From Candidatus Ancaeobacter aquaticus (lineage in GTDB: Bacteria; Auribacterota; Ancaeobacteria; Ancaeobacterales; Ancaeobacteraceae): DNA of 47,405 nucleotides. Within the stretch, counting starts at the first letter, position 1; every line of letters begins with the position of its first letter. The position numbers and the translations under genes are program-made. The stretch lies in NCBI GenBank assembly GCA_030765405.1, contig JAVCCP010000041.1, positions 1 to 47,405 on the forward strand, read 5' to 3'. Shown in pieces: positions 31,759 through 41,029 of this stretch. The notes under the pieces were generated by a model that was not told the DNA's origin, did no database searches, and was given only the letters and a program-made list of their open reading frames with translations.

Positions 31759-33339
31759 CTATTCTTCTACCCAGTAGCCAGAAAAACCTACCTCACCGGG
31801 AATAACACTATTGCGGAGAGACCCAACCTGAGAAAATATCATAGACTCATAATCATAAATATCGCCATATAAGACTCTAACACCCCTTGTTACACCGTCA
31901 GCATGCTTTGGGTACATGCCTTTTCCGTTAATAAGAAAACTATTTGAATAAAATGAAAACTGCGCTGTGTTACCTTTCAAGGTATTATGTCCTCGCGAAA
32001 AATCAGCACTGAGGACAAGCGCCTCTTTATCCGATATTAAAAGATATGTCCTTTTTGTAATAAAGTCAGCATAACTCATATTTTTGTTTTCGGGATACGT
32101 GGCACTAATACATGCAAAGGGAAGATCACCCCTTTTGGCAATAATATCCCGTGCAAGGAGCACTGCTTTATCAGAACCGATTATAGGGGTACATACCGCA
32201 GCAAGCACTTCATGAGAGGCTGTGTTGATATTAATCGGTGCACGATTACCCGCAAAACTGTTTATCCACGAATATACGGTAATATCATCAAAAAGTTTTC
32301 GTGAACCCCGATCAGGATCAACAACCTCAACATTATAAACACTCGGCGAGATCCCATCAATCAACAGCAATTCCTCAATATGCGTAATCGGCTTTTTATC
32401 CCGGTATGCAATAATGTTCTGAGCGCACTGTACTGCAATTTCTTGACTAACACCGTATTGCATAAAAAGCGATGTAATTAGCGCAAGCGGTGCAGTATTC
32501 AGATGCACCTTGCCTGATTCAGCTTCAATATGTATTGTATCAATACTCCCGCCCAAACAAACTGCAGGCAAACTAATATATGAAGCAGTACTCCACGGTT
32601 CCGTAATCGTATCAATTTCTACCGTAATCAATAAAAAGAGATGATCAACTAAAACTGACGCCTGGCCGCCTTTTTTCGTTATCTTGATGCGCACCTGATC
32701 AGGATTATAGAGTGTTTTCCACGATAAATATTTTTGTGATAACGATAGAAAATGAATATCTTCACCTTTTTTTGACCATCCGTCACCCATTTCAATGTCA
32801 TTAGGAGCATCATGCCACACACGACCGCCATCTTTTGATATAGATACTGTGAGTAACGACCGATCAGTAGGTTTAGTCCGCACTGCACGCACCCCAACCT
32901 TTACATCATAGATGCGCGTCCCCAGATAACTACCCAAGCGAGGAAAATCATACACTTCAATAGAGCTTCCAGGGGTACTTAAAACTACATGCTCATCATT
33001 ATTAGCGGAATATGAACTTACTGCACGTACCATATCGGGCATAGAACACTTCGTCGGATCAATCCCTACCCCAGACACATACCCATAATTATACGGGTTC
33101 TTTGTTTGTGGACGAGCACCAACATCGTCACGTATTGAACGCATACCGATATCTGCCGCTGACTCAGCAATAGACAATGCCTGTCTGGACGAATGAGAGA
33201 GGTTACTCAGCTTACTTTTCGCGGCAATAAGCGAGGCTAAAAACACAATAACAAAAATGAGTGATACCATGATAAAAAATGATATCAGCACACCTGCACC
33301 ACGCCGCTCCATTATTTTTTTTCTATAATACCACGTCAT
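31759..33339 (-). CDS. GspK/PilX-like large minor pseudopilin
   Basis: RRG|AGVLI hydrophobic N-terminus, SRQALSIAESAA PilX-like helix, two GspK-like SAM/HhH segments (GKVHLNTAP..IEELLLIDGI; PININTAS). Confidence 0.75.
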   Translation of the reverse strand: MTWYYRKKIMERRGAGVLISFFIMVSLIFVIVFLASLIAAKSKLSNLSHSSRQALSIAESAADIGMRSIRDDVGARPQTKNPYNYGYVSGVGIDPTKCSMPDMVRAVSSYSANNDEHVVLSTPGSSIEVYDFPRLGSYLGTRIYDVKVGVRAVRTKPTDRSLLTVSISKDGGRVWHDAPNDIEMGDGWSKKGEDIHFLSLSQKYLSWKTLYNPDQVRIKITKKGGQASVLVDHLFLLITVEIDTITEPWSTASYISLPAVCLGGSIDTIHIEAESGKVHLNTAPLALITSLFMQYGVSQEIAVQCAQNIIAYRDKKPITHIEELLLIDGISPSVYNVEVVDPDRGSRKLFDDITVYSWINSFAGNRAPININTASHEVLAAVCTPIIGSDKAVLLARDIIAKRGDLPFACISATYPENKNMSYADFITKRTYLLISDKEALVLSADFSRGHNTLKGNTAQFSFYSNSFLINGKGMYPKHADGVTRGVRVLYGDIYDYESMIFSQVGSLRNSVIPGEVGFSGYWVEE

Positions 33340-33340
33340 A

Positions 33341-33847
33341 CTATTTCCTTAGTGTTCGGGGACAAATCACTGTTTTTAAAGTAAGTGGATTTTTGCCGCT
33401 GACTTGCATCTCAATCCCTACAAATCTGAGATCAGTAGGATTTGGCGCTACACTCGGCTCACTGATCTCTTTACCATTACTGTCATAATAAGTGAAACGC
33501 CCTCCGGAAATACCTGAAACGAGAACACGTTTATTAAGATAAATAGCATTCTTATTAAAAGTAAATTCAACGAGCTTGTTATGAATATCTTTAAAGGTAA
33601 ACATATCGCGTGAGGCATAATGCACATCTTTTAACGTAGCAACTTCCCTGATATCTTTTTCAATACGCGTTAATGCGTTGCGCAATGGAGAAAAAGTATT
33701 TTCCCGCTTAAGTGTCGCGATATAGCCATTAATACCGGCCGCTAACGCATAGATAATAATACTCCCGACAACGATAAGCGTTACCGACGTAATTAATGCC
33801 TCAATAACAGAAAAACCCTGTTTATCTCGCAGAAACTGCTGTTTCAT
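33341..33847 (-). CDS. GspJ/PilW-like prepilin
   Basis: QG|FSVIE type IV prepilin cleavage motif followed by a hydrophobic helix. Confidence 0.8.
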   Translation of the reverse strand: MKQQFLRDKQGFSVIEALITSVTLIVVGSIIIYALAAGINGYIATLKRENTFSPLRNALTRIEKDIREVATLKDVHYASRDMFTFKDIHNKLVEFTFNKNAIYLNKRVLVSGISGGRFTYYDSNGKEISEPSVAPNPTDLRFVGIEMQVSGKNPLTLKTVICPRTLRK

Positions 33848-33864
33848 ACCTTTTAAATTCCTTA

Positions 33865-34275
33865 TTATTTTCTTTTTGCTCTCACTGTTTCAAATACAAC
33901 ACTGCGAATTTTTTTATGAGAAACAGTAACGGTAACTTTTTTATACATTGTTTTTTCTTTTACCGGCCGAGTAAGATCTTGAGGTCCGTTAACATAACTT
34001 ACCTTTTTGGACACGGACATTGTTCCATCAGACAAACGAACGTCCCGAGCGGGTTCTTGAACTATCTTGTCAAAGGGCTGAGCGACGACAAACTCTATCT
34101 CGGCTTGGGCCAGACTTGTAGCCTGCGCACGAATAATTGCATGAGAACCACTTCGTGCAATAGTTGCAACAAGGCCAAAGACAATAGCTATCGTAACAAC
34201 AACAAGCACAGTAAACGTAGCTATACCAATGAAGGAAAAACCATTATGTTTATTCTTTGTTTTTTTATTTATCAA
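33865..34275 (-). CDS. GspI/PilV-like prepilin lacking Glu5
   Basis: NG|FSFIG plus hydrophobic helix, ATSLAQAEIE motif; TTG start overlapping the upstream gene. Confidence 0.72.
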   Translation of the reverse strand: MINKKTKNKHNGFSFIGIATFTVLVVVTIAIVFGLVATIARSGSHAIIRAQATSLAQAEIEFVVAQPFDKIVQEPARDVRLSDGTMSVSKKVSYVNGPQDLTRPVKEKTMYKKVTVTVSHKKIRSVVFETVRAKRK

Positions 34276-34783
34276 AACTTTGAGCTACCCTTCCCGTATC
34301 AGGACTAACAATGATCGAGACTGTACCGGACGCGTTTTCTAATGTTACCGATCCATTAGATGCAAGAGGAACATCCCGTTTATCCATTGGTACGCCTCGA
34401 GGTGAAAACCGAAGCTCATTACCACCATTAAAATTAATGTCTTTTATTTTAATCCCTTTGGTGCTTCCCGTATAAAAATCGACTTTAAACGGCTCATTCT
34501 TTTTAAAAGGGTCTTTAATGTCTACCACGAGGGCATCTTTCACGCGTTTAACGGTATATCCATGATGTTTTTTATCAAACTGCATGAGATAACAACTGTT
34601 TTTTTGCATGGCGTATTGCTGACAGATACGTATATCGGAAGCAAATCTGTTTGCAGCGCCTTTCAACTGCAATTTTCTGTAAGGAGATATTGAAAGTGCA
34701 ATAATAACTACAAATACAGTAAGAACAATTAAGAGTATAAGCGCTTCTAATATGGTAAATCCGCTGTTATATTTTTTTATCAT
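34265..34783 (-). CDS. GspH/FimT-like prepilin
   Basis: SG|FTILE, AANRFASDIRICQQYAM, LRFSPRGVP, IIVSPDTGRV. Confidence 0.8.
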   Translation of the reverse strand: MIKKYNSGFTILEALILLIVLTVFVVIIALSISPYRKLQLKGAANRFASDIRICQQYAMQKNSCYLMQFDKKHHGYTVKRVKDALVVDIKDPFKKNEPFKVDFYTGSTKGIKIKDINFNGGNELRFSPRGVPMDKRDVPLASNGSVTLENASGTVSIIVSPDTGRVAQSFDK

Positions 34784-34794
34784 GTAAAATATAC

Positions 34795-35172
34795 TTATTT
34801 AAATGTTCCGTCTTGATCGTTATATTTATACAATCTCTCTGTGGGTCCTCTATACAGAAACGGGCCGTCTTTGACCCATCCGTTTGACACCCCGTCTTTA
34901 ACCAACACACGCGTAAAAAACTGATTCACTATCGAAGCATCACCGCTTTGAGCACCATCTAATGTACCCGGAAAAATACGGTTATGTCCTCTGGCGTAAA
35001 ACGCAATGCCGTCACGCACATATCCCACATCATCACGTTCCTGGTTTTTTTGCGTCTGCAATACCACGTTAAAGTATACCGGTATAGCGCTTAATGCAAG
35101 CACAACCAAAAGCACTATTAACAGTATAAGTTGCACAATACTTAACCCGTCAGATCTCTTAATGGTATTCAT
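34795..35172 (-). CDS. Type IV (MshA/GspG-like) pilin with Gln at +5 (start probably 35172)
   Basis: DG|LSIVQLILLIVLLVVLALSAIP; GGGG RBS before 35172; the ORF track start is 35199. Confidence 0.78.
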   Translation of the reverse strand: MNTIKRSDGLSIVQLILLIVLLVVLALSAIPVYFNVVLQTQKNQERDDVGYVRDGIAFYARGHNRIFPGTLDGAQSGDASIVNQFFTRVLVKDGVSNGWVKDGPFLYRGPTERLYKYNDQDGTFK

Positions 35173-35295
35173 ACAAACACCCCTATTATAGTCATTCATG
35201 TGCGGTCCACCTATAATAACAAAATATAGAGTAAATAAAACATATTTTACGCAGATTTATTAGTACATTTTTGAATTAACAAATAATGGCAAATA

Positions 35296-35304
35296 TGGTA
35301 TAAT
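35296..35304 (+). promoter_or_regulatory. Extended -10 promoter for the DUF362 operon
   Basis: TGGTATAAT ends 8 nt before the ATG at 35313; no Shine-Dalgarno. Confidence 0.55.
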
Positions 35305-35312
35305 GAACGCAT

Positions 35313-36239
35313 ATGAATAGAAGAAAATTCCTTAAATTACTTTCTTTAACAGGAGTCGGCACCTACCTTTTTGGCAGCGGCTCTTTGAAGAACATGTCTG
35401 TGCAATCACTCTTTGCTGAAAAGACCCCGCCATACGATATCGCACTTGTTAAAAATTCTGATATACCAAAAAATGTAAAAACCGCTATCGACCTCGTGGG
35501 AGGCATTAACCGTTTTATAACTAAAGGTGATATCGTAATGATAAAGCCAAACCTTGGATGGGCACGCACACCGGAACAAGCGGCAAACACAAACCCGACA
35601 GTCTTAAGAACGATCATAGAACTCTGCTTTCAAGCAGGAGCTAAAAAAGTAAGGATCACTGATAACACCTGTAACGATCCAAGAAAAACATTCGCTTTAT
35701 CCGGCGCTCACCAGGTTGCAAAAGAAACAGGCGCGGAACTTTTCTACTCTGAGAAATGGGAATTCAAAGAAATGAACATCAACGGCAACGTAATAAAAGA
35801 TTGGCCGGTTAACAGAGAGATTATCAGTGCCGATAAAATCATCAATGTCCCGATTGCAAAAAATCACGCCCTTGCAAAACTCACTCTTGGCATGAAAAAC
35901 TGGTTTGGCGCGGTTGGCGGAGCGAGAAACCAGCTCCATCAGGATATTAATGAAACAATCTCTGATCTGGCATGTTATTTCAAGCCGACACTGACGATTA
36001 TTGATGCGATACGCATACTTGTCCGTAACGGCCCCACAGGCGGAAACTTGAATGATGTTGTTGTAAAAGATACCATCATAGCGTCAACCGACCCTGTTGC
36101 AGCAGACAGCTTAGCCGCAACACTGTTTAGCATGAAAGGCTCTGACCTGGGCTATATTGTTAACGCAGAAAAAAGAGGCCTGGGAACTATGGACTACAAT
36201 AAACTAAGATATAAAGAACTCATTCATACGGTAACATAA
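35313..36239 (+). CDS. Tat-signal DUF362-family protein
   Basis: MNRRKFLK twin-arginine signal; GDIVMIKPN, NTNP, INVPIAKNH..LTLGMKN motifs. Confidence 0.85.
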   Translation: MNRRKFLKLLSLTGVGTYLFGSGSLKNMSVQSLFAEKTPPYDIALVKNSDIPKNVKTAIDLVGGINRFITKGDIVMIKPNLGWARTPEQAANTNPTVLRTIIELCFQAGAKKVRITDNTCNDPRKTFALSGAHQVAKETGAELFYSEKWEFKEMNINGNVIKDWPVNREIISADKIINVPIAKNHALAKLTLGMKNWFGAVGGARNQLHQDINETISDLACYFKPTLTIIDAIRILVRNGPTGGNLNDVVVKDTIIASTDPVAADSLAATLFSMKGSDLGYIVNAEKRGLGTMDYNKLRYKELIHTVT

Positions 36240-36247
36240 TATACATT

Positions 36248-37801
36248 ATGATCCATTTAAGACGCATATCACAACTCGTGTTTTTTATAGTATTTCTGGC
36301 ACTCTTCTTTTTAGCTGAAGATAAATCAGGAATGAACACGCTTGATGAAAACATAAACTTCTTTTTTTATATTGATCCATTGATCGGCCTTGCAAATATT
36401 CTCGCGACACATAAGATTGTTTTTGCTACCCTACTATCACTTATCACCGTTATTGCGACCTTATTCTTCGGCAGAGTTTTCTGCGGCTGGGTATGTCCTT
36501 TTGGCGCATTAAACCAATTTGTCGGATACCTTAAAAAACGAAAACTGAAAAAACCAGCGCCTGACATCTATTCACCGATACAAAAAATTAAATATCTAAT
36601 ACTCATATTTTTTCTTGCCGGTACAATTTTTTCAGTAAACCAGATAGGGTTACTTGACCCGTTTTCATTTTTTGGACGTTCATTCACCTTAGGAGTTATA
36701 CCAATCGTACAGTTCGTCACTACCCGCTTTTTCGATCTTTTGTTCGCGATTAACAATGATAGTGTGACAAATCTCGCAGGAAACACCCTGTACGTAATAA
36801 AAAATAACGTCTTTTACTTTTTTACGCCCCATTTTTCTTACACATTACTTCTAACAATTATCTTTTTAGCAATAGTATTCCTTAATCTTTACCGTTCACG
36901 ATACTGGTGCAGAGTCATCTGTCCGCTTGGCGCACTGTTAGGGCTCATATCACACATTTCTTTTCTCCGCCTAAAAATGAATGACAAATGCACACATTGC
37001 GCCTCATGCACACATCACTGTGAAGGGGCATGCAATCCGCATATAAAAGACGGATGGATCGCAAGCGAATGCGTTATGTGTCTGAACTGCACCACTGAAT
37101 GCCCGGAAAAAGCACTCTCTTTTGTAATGGGAAAAAGAAAGGCAACAGAACCAGCACTCGATATCAGCAGAAGACGGATTATTTCAAGCGGATTACTGGG
37201 GATTCTTTCAGTCCCTCTTTTAAGACAACAATTTTGGGCAAAAAGAGTAAACCCGAAGCTCATTCGACCACCCGGAGCAATTCCCGAACCGAACTTTTTA
37301 GCTGCATGCATCAAATGCGGTAATTGCATGAGAGCATGCCCGACAAATTTTCTCCAGCCGACACTGCTTGAAGCAGGTGTTGAAGGGATGTTCTCACCTA
37401 CTGGTGTTGGACAAAAAGGATATTGTGAATACAACTGTACCGTGTGCGGCCAAGCATGCCCGACAAAGGCAATTACCGAGTTATCTCTTACAAAAAAACA
37501 AACGGTAAAGATCGGTACCGCATGCATTGATAAGTCACGCTGTCTTACCTACGCATATAACAAACCATGCATTGTTTGTGAGGAACACTGCCCCACACCG
37601 ATAAAAGCGATCTGGACTGAAAAAGTGGAGATAAAAGACAGAAACGGAAAAACGATATTAATCGCTCAACCGCATGTTGACCCGGCACTATGCATTGGAT
37701 GTTCGATATGTGAAAATGTCTGTCCGGTATTGGATAAACCGGCAATATATGTAACGAGCATTGGAGAAGTACGATCAAAGACAAACCGTCTGCTGCTCTA
37801 A
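36248..37801 (+). CDS. Membrane polyferredoxin (NapH-like + NapG/MauM-like fusion)
   Basis: CGWVCP and CRVICP motifs among TM helices, several CxxCxxCxxxCP clusters, internal SRRRII followed by LIRPPGA. Confidence 0.88.
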   Translation: MIHLRRISQLVFFIVFLALFFLAEDKSGMNTLDENINFFFYIDPLIGLANILATHKIVFATLLSLITVIATLFFGRVFCGWVCPFGALNQFVGYLKKRKLKKPAPDIYSPIQKIKYLILIFFLAGTIFSVNQIGLLDPFSFFGRSFTLGVIPIVQFVTTRFFDLLFAINNDSVTNLAGNTLYVIKNNVFYFFTPHFSYTLLLTIIFLAIVFLNLYRSRYWCRVICPLGALLGLISHISFLRLKMNDKCTHCASCTHHCEGACNPHIKDGWIASECVMCLNCTTECPEKALSFVMGKRKATEPALDISRRRIISSGLLGILSVPLLRQQFWAKRVNPKLIRPPGAIPEPNFLAACIKCGNCMRACPTNFLQPTLLEAGVEGMFSPTGVGQKGYCEYNCTVCGQACPTKAITELSLTKKQTVKIGTACIDKSRCLTYAYNKPCIVCEEHCPTPIKAIWTEKVEIKDRNGKTILIAQPHVDPALCIGCSICENVCPVLDKPAIYVTSIGEVRSKTNRLLL

Positions 37802-37809
37802 TGAAAATG

Positions 37810-37828
37810 TAAAGGTTGAAAACCTTTA
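37810..37828. terminator. Hairpin between convergent genes
   Basis: TAAAGGTT-GAA-AACCTTTA, overlapping the DUF6599 stop codon. Confidence 0.55.
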
Positions 37829-38728
37829 CTCAGGAATAATATCTTTTAAGAGCGTCCGCTGAGGCCCTACTAATGTATCACCGACTGCACCGCATAGATA
37901 TGTATCTTTTTTCACAATGATATATTCTTTATTAAAGCGATCGCCATAATAAAAACTTATCTCACCAAACCCTTTGAGCTCCTCATATCGTTTATCTTTA
38001 TCTTTTGAAACAAAATCACGATACTTGCGAAAAGCGGCAAGTGCCGCTTCGGAGCTCTTGTATTCAGATATAAACATACGCACTTCATTGTCATCACCAA
38101 AAGAATATTGCGCGCTATATGTATTATTAATAAACCCGTGCCCAAGAAAACCTTTAGGGAAAAACATTGTTGAGCCGGGTATGATACCCTCTTTATTGAG
38201 CCGTAATGCACGCATAGGTAAAGACGTATCACTGGGCATCTTTTTATCTATTGCTTCAGCAAAGGCAAGCAAGACTTTCTTAAGATCTTGAACTCCTGCT
38301 AAGGCAAATACCTTTATATAGTATGGTCCTTTCCAGAAATTAAGAATATAGGCGCTCATATACCCCTGGGCACCCACAGCCACTTTTGTTGCAGTACCGT
38401 CTTTTTCAGCAGTATATATACCTAACGCATGGTCCTTATCCCCCATATCATATATATCAACAGAGACAATACCTTTATCCCCTTTTTTCTCATAGTCAGC
38501 GCTCACCATTATGACAAAACCGTAATCAAGGTACATTTCTGCCTGACCATTAATATGGAGATACAGATTCTGGGCATCAAAATGAGTTACATCTCCATTG
38601 AGATTCCAGCCGTGCAGATTTCCTCCCATGGGAACAAGTCTCTGTATTTCTATCGACTCATCAGTCTGGGAAAACGCAACACCTGAACTAAAGATAATCA
38701 TACATGCTATAGCTAAGACCCGTTTCAT
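37826..38728 (-). CDS. Secreted DUF6599-like protein
   Basis: Sec signal ending VAFS; NLYLHINGQAEMYLDYGF, VDIYDMG..ALGIYT, FWKGPYYIKV; usual neighbour of DUF362 genes. Confidence 0.72.
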   Translation of the reverse strand: MKRVLAIACMIIFSSGVAFSQTDESIEIQRLVPMGGNLHGWNLNGDVTHFDAQNLYLHINGQAEMYLDYGFVIMVSADYEKKGDKGIVSVDIYDMGDKDHALGIYTAEKDGTATKVAVGAQGYMSAYILNFWKGPYYIKVFALAGVQDLKKVLLAFAEAIDKKMPSDTSLPMRALRLNKEGIIPGSTMFFPKGFLGHGFINNTYSAQYSFGDDNEVRMFISEYKSSEAALAAFRKYRDFVSKDKDKRYEELKGFGEISFYYGDRFNKEYIIVKKDTYLCGAVGDTLVGPQRTLLKDIIPE

Positions 38729-38778
38729 GTAAACACCCTACTTTCTGCCGCTTTTTCATTGATGTATTAATGACAACT

Positions 38779-38825
38779 GTAGAGCAAGGCTTCAGCCTTG
38801 CATACTCGCAGGGCTAAAGCCCTGC
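38779..38825 (+). repeat. GTAG-type REP doublet
   Basis: GTAG-a-GCAAGGCT-tc-AGCCTTGC, 6-nt gap, then GCAGGGCT-aa-AGCCCTGC. Confidence 0.8.
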
Positions 38826-38836
38826 ACAGCTGTATC

Positions 38837-40804
38837 TTATTCCTCAGGAACATTCCCAATGCTTTTATCAGCAATACCGACAAGTGTTGCATCACCTGAA
38901 ACACTCATAAGATTAATCATATGTTCTACAAATTCAGGAGAATATTCAGCACCATTCTTGTAGGCATCCCACAATTTCTCAAGAAGCGTGACTGCCTTAG
39001 CCCTCAGATCTTCCTCACCGGAGGCAATAAAACGCTCTGCAACAACAAGAGTAACTTCCGGCTCTTGTAAGGATATTGCTTCTTCATACACATCACTAAT
39101 AATTTCATCCGCACTTTTTTTCAAAACCGGATCATTTACCGCAATGAGCCGCGAAACAATATCAAGGCGCATTAAAGAATCATCATCTTTAATGGCATCA
39201 AGGCACGTTAAAATCCCCATCTGTGCACTTTCCTGAAGCTCAGTATCGTTACTTGCCGAAAGCATATCTAATCCATCATTGATAGCCTGCTGCCCATATT
39301 CTTTTTTATTCACCAACTCGCCATATGCTTGGCACCATATTTTTTTACCGTTTACCTGTGCATTTTTATTTCCTTCAATGCGTAAAAGATTCTTGCCGAC
39401 CTGCATAGCATCAATGAAATTACCTTCAGCGATAAGTTTCTTGCCACTATTGGTATATCCTTTTAATCCCACTGTTTTCAATAGCGGTGATTCGCTACCA
39501 AGAAACATCCATGACACATACTGCACCATTGTAGGTACTTCTTTTTGTTCGGCCTCCGCAATGATCTTGGGCGCCTCTTTTTCAAGAACCGGATGTGCGT
39601 CCGTTCCCAATTCAGTAACTTTTTGCAAAAGCATCATTTTCTTCTCAACACCTATCGTATCCCTCAAAAGAAGGTCCTCGTAGAGGTCAAGAGCAAAAAG
39701 ACGGGTGTTTTTATCATTGTTTAATGCACAGTAATCGGCGATGAGTTCAATATCATGTGGATTTTTGTCTTTTTGAGCTTGAGCTGCACGGGCACGCCAC
39801 AGATTCAGGAAACGTTCTTTCACTGCTTTATCATCACTGTGCGCAAGACGCACACTTGCATCAATAATGGTTTTAAGCGGCTTATTTTCATTAATCAGTG
39901 TATTTAAATAACTAAAGTTTGCACCAATAGCATTAGCGGGCGTTATATCATAGGCAACATCAAGGAATCTGACAGTTGCATTATCATTACGTGCCTGGAG
40001 GGCATTTTGAAGAAGCTCACTTATTTCTTTTCTTGTAAACAGATTGAATCCAAAACTTTCATACTCAAGTGCTATATCTATACGTTTTTTTGGATCCTCT
40101 TCGCAAGCCATACAATTTTCAAAACCACCCCGAGCACCATCGAAATCAGCATTATAAAACAATTTACTCGATAAACGAATAAGCTGATCCATATCGTTTT
40201 TTTCCTGAGCAGCTTTCATAAGATATCGCATCCCTTTCAGCCACGAACCTCTAGCATCAGGAAGCATCTCAAGCTTATCAACCATACGGATAACCATATC
40301 ACTGTTATCTGACTGGATAGCATCACTCAAGACTTTGTCGTAAACAATACTCGCGGAAGGATTCAGCATTTCGTCAAGTTTATCTGCAAACAGTTCCTGG
40401 TCATAAATATTCCCGGCACTATCAGCTATAACGATAAATGCGCTGTTCGATAAATCCTTTAAACCGTATAAACGTATGGCATTAGCCTGCTTCACCGCTG
40501 TATCCACAGCCGCATGCTCTATGGCTTTATTGAGTACTGTGCATGTTTTAAGCACTTCCCGTTTTTCTTCCTCACTCAGGGGATATCCACCCAGATCGTT
40601 CATCGTAATCAGCTTTGGAAACCCTTGTAACAGCACAGGAGACAATGGCTGCGGCGCCGTAGATACTGCTTTCTGAGAAGCTTCCTCAGAAACTTTCTTC
40701 AGATCATATTGTTCAGAAGTTTCTCTTTTCAGGAGATATGCGCTGAGCACACATATTAAGAGAACAAGCACTGCTATAAGAACAATATATATATTTCGTT
40801 TCAT
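38837..40804 (-). CDS. Membrane-anchored alpha-helical repeat protein, unknown function
   Basis: 655-aa ORF, N-terminal TM/signal (IYIVLIAVLVLLICVLSAYLL), recurring ~38-40 aa helix-pair units, GGAAGG RBS. Confidence 0.8.
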   Translation of the reverse strand: MKRNIYIVLIAVLVLLICVLSAYLLKRETSEQYDLKKVSEEASQKAVSTAPQPLSPVLLQGFPKLITMNDLGGYPLSEEEKREVLKTCTVLNKAIEHAAVDTAVKQANAIRLYGLKDLSNSAFIVIADSAGNIYDQELFADKLDEMLNPSASIVYDKVLSDAIQSDNSDMVIRMVDKLEMLPDARGSWLKGMRYLMKAAQEKNDMDQLIRLSSKLFYNADFDGARGGFENCMACEEDPKKRIDIALEYESFGFNLFTRKEISELLQNALQARNDNATVRFLDVAYDITPANAIGANFSYLNTLINENKPLKTIIDASVRLAHSDDKAVKERFLNLWRARAAQAQKDKNPHDIELIADYCALNNDKNTRLFALDLYEDLLLRDTIGVEKKMMLLQKVTELGTDAHPVLEKEAPKIIAEAEQKEVPTMVQYVSWMFLGSESPLLKTVGLKGYTNSGKKLIAEGNFIDAMQVGKNLLRIEGNKNAQVNGKKIWCQAYGELVNKKEYGQQAINDGLDMLSASNDTELQESAQMGILTCLDAIKDDDSLMRLDIVSRLIAVNDPVLKKSADEIISDVYEEAISLQEPEVTLVVAERFIASGEEDLRAKAVTLLEKLWDAYKNGAEYSPEFVEHMINLMSVSGDATLVGIADKSIGNVPEE

Positions 40805-40854
40805 ACAAATTAGTCCCTTCCATACTACTATACCAATACCAATTTAAATATATT

Positions 40855-41028
40855 TTAACAAACAAAATCTAGATAATTTTCAGTATTGATCAATGTATAT
40901 AAAGCCTTTTCATAAGCACTTTTCCATTTAGTCGGCACTTTTACTTTTTTATCACCATATTCTATCTCATATACATACAATTTTCCACATCTTCTTGCAC
41001 CATAAATAACTATAACTTTATTCGGAAT
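40855..41028 (-). pseudogene. Internally deleted AAA_14/DUF4143-type ATPase remnant
   Basis: IPNKVIVIYGARRCGK (truncated Walker A) is joined directly to LYVYEIEYG..KVPTKWKSAY..INTENYLDFV, which resembles the family C-terminus. Confidence 0.68.
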
Positions 41029-41029
41029 G

